Source: an uncultured Pseudomonadota bacterium (GTDB lineage Bacteria > SAR324 > NAC60-12). Taken from it: a stretch of 14,210 bases of DNA. The position numbers and the translations under genes were made by a program. The DNA lies in assembly GCA_913020725.1 (NCBI GenBank), contig CAJWCD010000095.1, positions 1 to 14,210 of the forward strand. The letters are read 5' to 3'. Of this stretch, positions 1-8,183 are shown piece by piece (within the stretch, counting starts at the first letter, position 1; the number at the start of each line of letters is the position of its first letter). The notes under the pieces are model-generated. The model saw only the letters and a program-made list of their open reading frames with translations. It was not told the DNA's origin and made no database searches.

Positions 1-60
1 GTCTAACGCAGCTTGCCTCTCTTCACCAGACGGTGAGTTGCACTTACGAGTTGAAAATCC
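1..60 (-). mobile_element. IS30-family insertion sequence, probable left end (terminal inverted repeat plus leader); element continues off the window to the left
   Basis: + strand 37-60 GTTGCACTTACGAGTTGAAAATCC resembles the GTTGCACTT...TGAATCC ends typical of IS30 elements. Bases 32-55 recur exactly at 5532-5555, where they are fused to an IS30-type N-terminal HTH fragment. Confidence 0.65.
32..55 (+). repeat. 24-bp exact direct repeat GGTGAGTTGCACTTACGAGTTGAA, copy 1 (copy 2 at 5532-5555)
   Basis: Direct base-by-base comparison; same orientation, 5500 bp apart. Confidence 0.95.
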
Positions 61-110
61 GATGCAATTCCTGGAGAAATAGTTTAGTTTTCGTTCACTG
101 TAGTGAGTTG

Positions 111-153
111 CTGAATAATTCAGGTTAACAATCGCATAAACGTTTTGCAAAAC
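111..153. promoter_or_regulatory. AT-rich palindrome cluster, possible LacI-type operator at the epimerase start
   Basis: CTGAAT-A-ATTCAG (111-123), AAACGTTT (138-145) and GTTTTGCAAAAC (142-153). AAACGTTT is a common LacI-family operator core. Confidence 0.3.
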
Positions 154-1050
154 TCAGATCAACGGCTTCGTTTAGAGAGTCAGGGCAACATTTTAGAACT
201 CGATCCCGAAAATGGCGGGTCAATCCTCAGCTACCGGAGTGAAACCGAAAACGGTATTTTCCACTGGATGCGCCCGGCTGGAGAAAAGGGTTTGGAGGGC
301 GATATTCTCGATCTTTCCTGCTTTCCACTGATACCTTTTTCCAGCCGGATCTGTGACGGCGTTTTTCAGTTCAAAGGGAAGGAATATCGGCTGCCACTCA
401 ATTTTTTGCCGGAGAAGCACACTATCCATGGTCATGGCTGGAAAGCTTCCTGGTGGGTGTCCGGACGTTCCGCCTCTAGCGCCAGGTTCGAATATGTTCA
501 CCAACCTGATGAATGGCCCTGGTCCTACCGGGCCGTGCAGTCCTTCGCACTGGAAGGTGCGAAACTGAGTATCGGTCTGGAACTACAGAACACTTCAGAC
601 TCGCCGATGCCCGCGGGATTTGGGCTGCATCCCTATTTTGTCCGCACACCCAGGGCGAGGGTGATCGCGGACTGCGACCGCATCTGGATCAACGATGACG
701 AAGTGATGGCCTTGCGGCTGGAGCCTTTGCCCGAGGATCGCAACATATGTGAAGGACTGGAGGCCGAGGCTGGGTTCATCGACAACACCTTCACCGGCTG
801 GGATCGCAGGGCACGGATCGAGTGGCCGGAATGGGATGCAGAGATACTTATCGAAAGTGAGGCACCGCTAGATTTTCTGGTGATGTATGCTCCGCTGGAC
901 GAGGATTTTTTCTGTGTGGAACCGGTGAGCAACGTCACCGACGCCTTTAACATGATGGATCGTGGAGAAGCGGGTCATGGAACCCGGGTGCTCAATGCAG
1001 GGGAATCCCTGACCAGCCGCGTCACCTTTTTTCCGAAAATCAGAAAATGA
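145..1050 (+). CDS. Aldose 1-epimerase / galactose mutarotase-like protein (YphB-like), 301 aa
   Basis: Motifs FPLIPFSSRI, IHGHGW, GLHPYF and FFCVEP carry the catalytic His and Glu of the mutarotase family. TTG start is uncertain. Confidence 0.9.
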   Translation: MQNSDQRLRLESQGNILELDPENGGSILSYRSETENGIFHWMRPAGEKGLEGDILDLSCFPLIPFSSRICDGVFQFKGKEYRLPLNFLPEKHTIHGHGWKASWWVSGRSASSARFEYVHQPDEWPWSYRAVQSFALEGAKLSIGLELQNTSDSPMPAGFGLHPYFVRTPRARVIADCDRIWINDDEVMALRLEPLPEDRNICEGLEAEAGFIDNTFTGWDRRARIEWPEWDAEILIESEAPLDFLVMYAPLDEDFFCVEPVSNVTDAFNMMDRGEAGHGTRVLNAGESLTSRVTFFPKIRK

Positions 1051-1786
1051 ACGATTCCCGGAGATTCAGAGGGATCTATCCAATCCTCTATGCCTTTTTT
1101 GACAGGTATGGAAAGCTGGACCGTGAGGCGATGCTTTGCCAGATACGGGCCTGTCTCGATGCCGGGGCCCATGGCCTGGCCATGCTCGGGCTGGCGACCA
1201 AGGTGGCTAAGCTCGAAGAGTCCGAAAGGCTCCAGGTGATCGATTGGGCGCCGGGGAAGTGTCAGGCCAGGTGCCGCTGGCAGTGACCGTTTACGGACAC
1301 ACGGTGGAGCAGCAGATTCGTTTGCGGGCCTTGCTCAGTCCCATGGCGCGGACTGGCTGATTCTTCAGCCTCCGCCGGTAAAGGGACTTTCGGAAGCGGA
1401 CTGGCTCGATTTCTTTGGCAAGGTGATGGATTCCACAAGCCTCCCCGTCGCAATTCAGAATGCTCTGGATTACCTCGGTGTGGGACTTTCGGTGAAGGGT
1501 CTCATGACCCTGCTCAAGCGTCATCCGAACTTCACCCTCCTCAAGGGCGAGGGCCCTCAGTGACGATGGCGGAAGTCATCCAGGTCCCGGAAGAGGGAGG
1601 CTTTCGGTTTTCAATGGGCGGGGCGGACTGGAACTGACGGACTGCCTTCGTGCGGGCTGTATGGGAATGGTTCCGGCTCCGGAATGTGTCGACCGGCAGA
1701 TCCGGATCTATGAACTGATGGAACAGGGAGGCTCCGAAACCGAAACGGAAAAACTCCGCGCCGGCTCACGCACTTATTTGCGATAA
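1047..1786 (+). pseudogene. Dihydrodipicolinate synthase (DapA/NanA/KDG-aldolase) family pseudogene, four frameshifts and a 3' truncation
   Basis: Joined frames read FRGIYPILYAFFD..GAHGLAMLGLAT / VPLAVTV / GADWLILQPPP..LPVAIQNA..LLKGEG (Schiff-base Lys, AAG 1543-1545) / VFNGRGGLEL..GMVPAPE. Frameshifts near 1250, 1322, 1556 and 1596. Similarity ends near 1756. ATGA overlap with the epimerase stop. Confidence 0.85.
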
Positions 1787-1792
1787 GGTCTA
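1757..1792. mobile_element. Possible IS terminal remnant (IS5-like end) at the junction of two truncated genes
   Basis: About 36 bp belonging to neither flanking gene. It ends in TTATTTGCGATAAGGTCTA (reverse complement TAGACCTTATCGCAAATAA), reminiscent of AGACCTT..GCAAA IS5-family ends next to a TA/TAA-type target. Confidence 0.3.
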
Positions 1793-2320
1793 AAGTAGCA
1801 GGTAGGCCAGCACGATCTGAAACAGGTCCACGTTCTGCACCAACGGCTCCGGACCAAAGAGCCTCAGCAGCAAGGCACTCAAGACCAGCCAGTTGATTGG
1901 ACAGAAGATAACCCAGAACCGGATATGCTGACCGAGTGAATTGTGCTTGAGGGACCACACGAACAAGAAGCGGTGGTTCATGACATGCCACGCTCTAGAG
2001 AACGAGCGTTCGACCAGCAGCACCGCGAAGGGCGCAATCAGCCCCGAAGGCAGGATCTCTTAAAGCATGGTGATCCAGAACTGCTTCCACGAGAACTCGA
2101 CGGGCGTGTGCAGGGTGTGGTGTTGATCTTCCGGAACTTGGCGGCGCAGACGGGCCGCGTCCAGTTTGCCGGACACTCCGGCCAGCAACTGCTCGTCCTC
2201 CTGCTTGGAAGGTCGTCGCTTCAGGAGCCGCGACTCGCTCTTGTGGTGCTTCACTACCTCCTGCTCCGGGGGGCTGAGGATGGTTGCTTCATATCTCCCT
2301 TTGGTTCTCGTGATTCTCAA
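1790..2320 (-). pseudogene. Membrane protein of unknown family, internal stop and probable 3' truncation
   Basis: ORFs 2060-2320 and 1790-2023 share one frame, separated only by TAA at 2060-2062: FSWKQFWITML*EILPSGLIAPFAVLLVERS...WVIFCPINWLVLSALLLRLF...FQIVLAYLLL*. Several hydrophobic segments. Start is uncertain (GTG at 2254 is an alternative). Confidence 0.55.
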
Positions 2321-2338
2321 TGATTTTCATGCACTTTC

Positions 2339-2376
2339 GTTGGAGCAGCGTCCTCTGGACGCGATGCGGCTCCTAC
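2339..2376. repeat. REP-like (GTAG-family) palindromic element, possibly also a korB 3' hairpin
   Basis: Outer arms GTTGGAGC (2339-2346) and GCTCCTAC (2369-2376; reverse complement GTAGGAGC). Inner perfect hairpin GCGTCC-TCT-GGACGC (2348-2362). Confidence 0.55.
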
Positions 2377-2406
2377 AGCCCGCCCTTCCCGCTTACAGCC
2401 TACAGC

Positions 2407-2407
<1 letters not shown>
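2374..2407 (+). repeat. Heptamer TACAGCC x3 (2374, 2394, 2401)
   Basis: Seen directly; the last two copies are tandem and abut the korB stop. Confidence 0.8.
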
Positions 2408-3420
<1,013 letters not shown>

Positions 3421-3440
3421 GGTTTTCGCAGGTTGAGGTT

Positions 3441-5312
3441 TCAGTCGGCGGCTTCCGCCTTGGGACGGGACTTGCGGAGCAACGCCCGGATGCGGTGTTC
3501 AATTTCGGTGATCTGGAACGGACGCCCTTGGACCTTGTGGAAGGAAATGGCGTCCACCAGAAATTCGGCGCGCAGGACATGCGCGAGCTGCCCCCGGTTC
3601 ATTTCTGGAACAAAGATGTGCCGGAAGTTGGCCAGCACGGTGCCGAGGTCTTCCGGAAGCGGATTCAGGTGCCGCAACACGAGCAGCGAGACGGGCTGGC
3701 CTTGGGCCTGAAGCTTTTCGACTGCACTGCGCGAGGGGCCGTAGGAACTGCCCCAAGTGACCACCAGCACTTCGTTCTGCTTCGGCCCCATCACCTCAAG
3801 GGGAGCCAGCGTCTTCGCAACCGCCTGGATTTTCGCCTCGCGCACACGAACCATGCGCTCGTGGTTTTCCGGCTCGTAGTTGATGTTGCCCGAATCGTGA
3901 TCCTTCTCCAGCCCGCCGAGGCGGTGTTCGAGTCCGGGAGTTCCGGGGAGCGCCCACGGGCGCGCATGCGTTTCCGGGTCGCGCAGGTAGGGATGGAAGC
4001 CCTCCGCTTCGGTGCGGAAGTTTGGCGTGAGGTCCGGGAGCGTTGACAAATCCGGGAGCCGCCACGGTTCCGCGCCGTTGGCAAGCGAGTTGTCGCTCAG
4101 CAGGATCACGGGGGTCATGTAATTGATGGCAATCCGGAACGCCTCCAGCGCCATCAAAAAGCAGTCGCCCGGAGTGCAGGGTGCCACGATGGGAATTGGG
4201 CATTCGCCGTGACGACCATAGAGGGCAGCGAGCAAATCGGACTGCTCGGTTTTGGTTGGCAATCCGGTGGACGGCCCGCCCCGCTGGATGTTCAGCAGCA
4301 CGACCGGCAGTTCGGTCATCACCGCGTAACCCAGTGCCTCAGATTTGAGGTCGAGTCCGGGACCGCTCGTTCCAGAAACGCCAAGTGCTCCGCCAAATGA
4401 TGCGCCAATCGCGGCGGACATCGCAGCAATCTCATCCTCGGCTTGGAGGATGCGTACCCCAAAATGCTTGTGACGGGCGAGTTCGTGCAGCACGTCCGAG
4501 GCGGGGGTGATCGGATAACTGGCGTAAAGCACGGTGCGTCCGGATTGCTTTGCGGCGGCGACCACTCCGTAAGAAAGCGCTTGGTTCCCGGTGATTTGGC
4601 GGTACTCTCCGGCAGGCATTTTCGCGGGGCGCACCCGGTAGCTTTCCTGAAAGACCTCGGTGTTCAATCCAAAGTTGAAACCGGCGTTGAGTGCTTGCGT
4701 GTTCGCCTTGCACACCTCCGGGCGGTTCTTGAATTTCGATGCGATCCACTCCAGCGTGTAATCCAGCGGGCGATCAAACAACCAGCACAACGCTCCGAGC
4801 GCAAAGAAGTTCTTGCTGCGCCCTGCCTCCTTGTGCGAAAGCCCGGAGTCCTCGGTCGCCTTGATCGTCAGCGAAGAAATCGGGATTGGCACCACGCGGT
4901 AGTTCTCCAGCGAACCGTCCTCCAGCGGATTCTCCTTGTATTCGGCCTTACGGAGGTCATTTTTTGAAAAATTGTCGGAGTTGACGATCACGATGCCGCC
5001 TTTCTCCAAGTCCATCAGGCTCACCTTGAGCGCCGCAGGATTCATCGCTACCAGCACGTTGGCGAAGTCTCCGGTGGTGTGGATGTCCTGACTGGAGAAA
5101 CCCAGCATGAAACCGGACACCCCCGCGAGCGTCCCGGCGGGCGCACGGATTTCCGCAGGGAAGTCCGGAAAGGTGCTGATGTCGTTGCCGATGAAAGCGG
5201 CAGTGCTAGTGAACTGGCTGCCCGTGAGTTGCATGCCGTCGCCGGAATCTCCGGCAAAACGGACCGTCACGGTTTGCAACTCAGTGCGGGGCACAGCGTG
5301 GAGCGTGGTCAT
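3441..5312 (-). CDS. korA: 2-oxoacid:acceptor oxidoreductase alpha subunit (fused gamma-alpha), 623 aa
   Basis: FAGDSGDGMQLTG, PAEIRAPAGT, YPITPAS, QAEDEIAA, TSGPG and QRGGPSTGLPTKTEQSD; directly upstream of the beta subunit. Confidence 0.93.
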   Translation of the reverse strand: MTTLHAVPRTELQTVTVRFAGDSGDGMQLTGSQFTSTAAFIGNDISTFPDFPAEIRAPAGTLAGVSGFMLGFSSQDIHTTGDFANVLVAMNPAALKVSLMDLEKGGIVIVNSDNFSKNDLRKAEYKENPLEDGSLENYRVVPIPISSLTIKATEDSGLSHKEAGRSKNFFALGALCWLFDRPLDYTLEWIASKFKNRPEVCKANTQALNAGFNFGLNTEVFQESYRVRPAKMPAGEYRQITGNQALSYGVVAAAKQSGRTVLYASYPITPASDVLHELARHKHFGVRILQAEDEIAAMSAAIGASFGGALGVSGTSGPGLDLKSEALGYAVMTELPVVLLNIQRGGPSTGLPTKTEQSDLLAALYGRHGECPIPIVAPCTPGDCFLMALEAFRIAINYMTPVILLSDNSLANGAEPWRLPDLSTLPDLTPNFRTEAEGFHPYLRDPETHARPWALPGTPGLEHRLGGLEKDHDSGNINYEPENHERMVRVREAKIQAVAKTLAPLEVMGPKQNEVLVVTWGSSYGPSRSAVEKLQAQGQPVSLLVLRHLNPLPEDLGTVLANFRHIFVPEMNRGQLAHVLRAEFLVDAISFHKVQGRPFQITEIEHRIRALLRKSRPKAEAAD

Positions 5313-5450
5313 TTGAAAGTGGAACGGGGAATTGGAATCACAGGAGGTTCACAGCCTCGAATACTCGGACACGCACACAAATTTGTACGGTGTTCTTCAG
5401 CCTAGCAAGAATTCAACCAAAAGGAAACCCCCAGCACCGCAAATCGCTGC

Positions 5451-5560
5451 TCAGGTGCTTAGCACCGCCGCGACCTCGCCGTGCTTGTGACCTGCTTGCA
5501 AAAGTGCCGCAATCTGGTAGCGTTTATCTTGGGTGAGTTGCACTTACGAGTTGAATCCAC
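5451..5560 (-). mobile_element. IS30-family relic: terminal repeat fused directly to an N-terminal HTH transposase fragment
   Basis: Minus strand GGATTCAACTCGTAAGTGCAACTCACC... reads (V)QLTQDKRYQIAALLQAGHKHGEVAAVLST* (5543-5451). This matches the IS30 transposase N-terminal pattern QLT.E.RYQI.ALL.AG....EIA..L. Confidence 0.75.
5532..5555 (+). repeat. 24-bp exact direct repeat, copy 2 (copy 1 at 32-55)
   Basis: Direct base-by-base comparison. Confidence 0.95.
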
Positions 5561-5586
5561 GCCGTAATTAGGGTGAGAAAACCGAA

Positions 5587-6144
5587 TCAGACCGTCCCCG
5601 CTTTGACGAAGGAGGCGGTGAAGGGGTCGATGCCAATGCTGGTGAGTGCCTGTTCCCAGCGTTGCTCGTGTTCTAAACCCATCACCAATTCCGCATCGAG
5701 GGGACTGAGCCACCAAGTTTCCTCCTGAATCTCGCGGTCGAGTTGTTCCGCGCCCCACCCGGAGTAGCCGCAGCCGAGCAAGTAGCGGGAGGGGCCACGC
5801 TCCTCGGCAAGGGCACGGATGACATCCTGCGCAGAACTCAGCCGGAGTTGTGCGGAGATGGCAGTGGTGCCCTCGTTTTCGTAATCGGAACTGTGGACGG
5901 CCCAGAACATCTCGCCTTGCTGCACGGGGCCTCCGATCATCAGGGGACACGCGAAGGCCGGATTTTCGTGCAGGCTTTCATCAGCAAGGATTTCCCGGAC
6001 CTGTGCCGAGGCGGGTTGGTTGACCACCAACCCAAAGGCCCCCTGTGCATCATAGTTGCACAGCAGCACCACAGACTTCTCGAAATAGCCGTCCTGCAAC
6101 CCTGGCAGGGCGACCAACAAACCCGGAACGTCACTCGTTGACAT
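5587..6144 (-). CDS. yqgE: YqgE/AlgH family (UPF0301) protein, 185 aa
   Basis: LLVALPGLQDGYFEKSVVLLC..GAFGLVVNQP, GGPVQ and GYSGWGAEQLDREI..WW. Start moved from the ORF-track 6360 to ATG 6144, where family similarity begins. Confidence 0.9.
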   Translation of the reverse strand: MSTSDVPGLLVALPGLQDGYFEKSVVLLCNYDAQGAFGLVVNQPASAQVREILADESLHENPAFACPLMIGGPVQQGEMFWAVHSSDYENEGTTAISAQLRLSSAQDVIRALAEERGPSRYLLGCGYSGWGAEQLDREIQEETWWLSPLDAELVMGLEHEQRWEQALTSIGIDPFTASFVKAGTV

Positions 6145-6183
6145 GGCATCTCTTGTTGTAGTGGTTACAGTGGTTGAGCCGTC

Positions 6184-7263
6184 ATGAGTCGGGCTCCCTC
6201 CCGAACACGGCGTGAGCCGAGCAGTCCGGACCATGTGCAAGCCAAACGCTTTCTGCATAGAATCCGGCATCACCGCTCCACCACGCGCTCCCGAAATCAG
6301 CCAGCTCCGGGTGCGCTGGAGGTGCTGCAAGGTATTTTCAAAGCTTCGGGACACCATCATTTAATGACTCTGGCCAAACTTCGCAAGCTTTGGTTTGAGT
6401 CGGTGGATCATTTTCTTGCGCAAAACGCTTTTCCTCGCAACTTCTCGGTCACAAAAAACTTCGCCGTCACCCAAGAATGGTTGCAGCGTTTTGCCAACCA
6501 GCGACCGACTCCGGAACTGCTGGAGGTGCTGACACGAATCCGAGGGCGTGACTTCAGCCGCATGGAACCTCTGCTGAAGACGCTGTCCGGGCGGCTGGAC
6601 CGTGCGCTTGCACCTGCCGAGGAGCAGTTGATCCGGGAATTTGCCAATTTTCGGGCTAGTGAAACCGTGCTGCACCTGACCGTGTATGATGGCAGCATCG
6701 CGCAGGCACTTCAGTTTGAGATGCCGAGCTACCTTAAACTGCTGCATCGCTTGCTCCCGGAAATGCGCATTGACCGCATCCGTTGTCATGTCGGCGATCT
6801 GGGACAGGTGCAGGCTGATCAGCAATTGGTTGCGGAACTTGCCGAGGTGTGGCCCCGCTTGCTTCCGGAAACGGTTGGGCGGTGTTGTGCCCCGGCTTTC
6901 ATCCACCGCGCCTCCAAGCGGCAGGCGGTGCTGGTGCTGTTGGTGGAATCGGAAGCCGTCCGTGAGGAACTGATCCGGGTTCCCGGACTGGATTGGCTTC
7001 ATGCGGAAATCATGCGCAAGCATCCCGCCGCCAGCGGTAGCTTCCCCCGTGTTTCCCTTGCCGTGCGCTCCGGTGCCTCCGCGCAGCACGTCCGGGCGAA
7101 CGCTGTGGCACTTGCGGCGTCTCTCGTTGCAAAGCCTGCCACCGAGTCTGAGGTGACGACTTCTCACGCCCAGCAGCAGGTGCGGCACATTCTCAACGAG
7201 CTACGCACCTCCGAACCCACTCATGTGGTTCAGGATTCCAGCGATTCCCAGAACGCAACATAA
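6184..7263 (+). CDS. DciA/DUF721-like protein, apparently two domains, with an insertion in the first; 359 aa
   Basis: LAKLRKLWFESVDHFLAQNAFP ... VLHLTVYDGSIAQALQFEMPSYLKLLHRLLPEMRIDRIRCHVG fits the DUF721 pattern. A second WPRLLPETVGRCCAP..VLVLLVES unit follows. Start is uncertain (only 39 bp from the divergent yqgE start; M61 at 6364 is an alternative). Confidence 0.6.
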   Translation: MSRAPSRTRREPSSPDHVQAKRFLHRIRHHRSTTRSRNQPAPGALEVLQGIFKASGHHHLMTLAKLRKLWFESVDHFLAQNAFPRNFSVTKNFAVTQEWLQRFANQRPTPELLEVLTRIRGRDFSRMEPLLKTLSGRLDRALAPAEEQLIREFANFRASETVLHLTVYDGSIAQALQFEMPSYLKLLHRLLPEMRIDRIRCHVGDLGQVQADQQLVAELAEVWPRLLPETVGRCCAPAFIHRASKRQAVLVLLVESEAVREELIRVPGLDWLHAEIMRKHPAASGSFPRVSLAVRSGASAQHVRANAVALAASLVAKPATESEVTTSHAQQQVRHILNELRTSEPTHVVQDSSDSQNAT

Positions 7264-8171
7264 CTCCGATAGCGCACTGCGCTGATTGCGCCTTCGGCAA
7301 CCCCTTGTTGCACTGCGCAGTCCGGTTCGTGGCGATGGCTGCAACTTGCAAAGTGGCACTGCGTCTGCAACGGGGCGAACTCCACAAAATGCTGATCCAG
7401 TGTTTTCCGGGTCACGCCGAGCGGTTCAAGTTCGCGGATGCCCGGCGTGTCCACGAGGTAGCCGCCTTTCGGAAGCCGGAACATCTGGGCCATCGTGGTG
7501 GTGTGTCGCCCCTTGCCGCGTTTTTGGTTGACGGCGCCCACGCGGATTTCCCAATCCGGATAGAGTGCTTTGACGAGCGAGGATTTGCCAACTCCGGAAT
7601 GTCCTGCCAAAACCGAGGTGCGTTGCCGGAGGCAAGCGCGGAGTTCATTTAATCCGGAAGGCACCGTGGCACTGGTGAGTAGCACAGTATAGCCCAAGTC
7701 CGAGTAAAGCTTCTGGATCGTTGCGGTTTCCTGTGTTTCACCAAGGTCGGCCTTGTTGAGAACGAGCACCGGAGTCAGCCCCCCGTCGAGCCCGGCGACG
7801 ATGAGGCGGTCCACCACTCCATGCCGAAATTCCGGACGCTTCAGGGCTGCAACGATGAGCAGTTGTTCGGCATTGGCGACCAACGTTTGTTCTGGAAGCC
7901 CCTCACGGGAGCGGCGGGCCAAGCGGCTGTGGCGGGGTTGCAACTCACGAATCCAGCCAGCATCTTCTGCGGCGTCCGGTTCGACCACGACGACATCCCC
8001 GACCGCGACGCGAGCTTCAGAGGCGTTGTCCTGAAAGAGGTTGCCCCGGATGCGGCAGAGTCGGGGTTCGGCCTGCCCAAGGTCAACATAGTAGAAACTA
8101 CGGGTGCGCCGGAGGACAACGCCAGTGGAAAACTTGGAGGAGGTTGGGGGCGAGGCTTCGGAGTTGCGCAC
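7230..8171 (-). CDS. rsgA: Ribosome small subunit-dependent GTPase A, 313 aa
   Basis: OB-fold VGD.V, circularly permuted G motifs NKAD, TSA, GHSGVGKS, GRHTTT and DTPG, and Zn finger C-HFAS-C-S-H-RHEPD-C. Confidence 0.95.
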   Translation of the reverse strand: MRNSEASPPTSSKFSTGVVLRRTRSFYYVDLGQAEPRLCRIRGNLFQDNASEARVAVGDVVVVEPDAAEDAGWIRELQPRHSRLARRSREGLPEQTLVANAEQLLIVAALKRPEFRHGVVDRLIVAGLDGGLTPVLVLNKADLGETQETATIQKLYSDLGYTVLLTSATVPSGLNELRACLRQRTSVLAGHSGVGKSSLVKALYPDWEIRVGAVNQKRGKGRHTTTMAQMFRLPKGGYLVDTPGIRELEPLGVTRKTLDQHFVEFAPLQTQCHFASCSHRHEPDCAVQQGVAEGAISAVRYRSYVAFWESLES

Positions 8172-8183
8172 GGGAATACCGGG

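Noticed and set aside
5313..5586. Riboswitch (for example TPP) or other ncRNA upstream of korA
   Set aside because: No recognisable aptamer consensus; a large part of the spacer is explained by the IS30 relic. An Rfam scan would settle it.
5459..5950. 163-aa minus-strand ORF
   Set aside because: Alternate frame of yqgE running into the IS relic; the meaningful HTH peptide is in a different frame.
6145..6360. N-terminal extension of YqgE to 257 aa
   Set aside because: Overlaps the divergent DciA-like gene; family similarity starts at Met 6144.
6361..7188. 275-aa minus-strand ORF
   Set aside because: Shadow of the + strand DciA-like gene; no family-like sequence.
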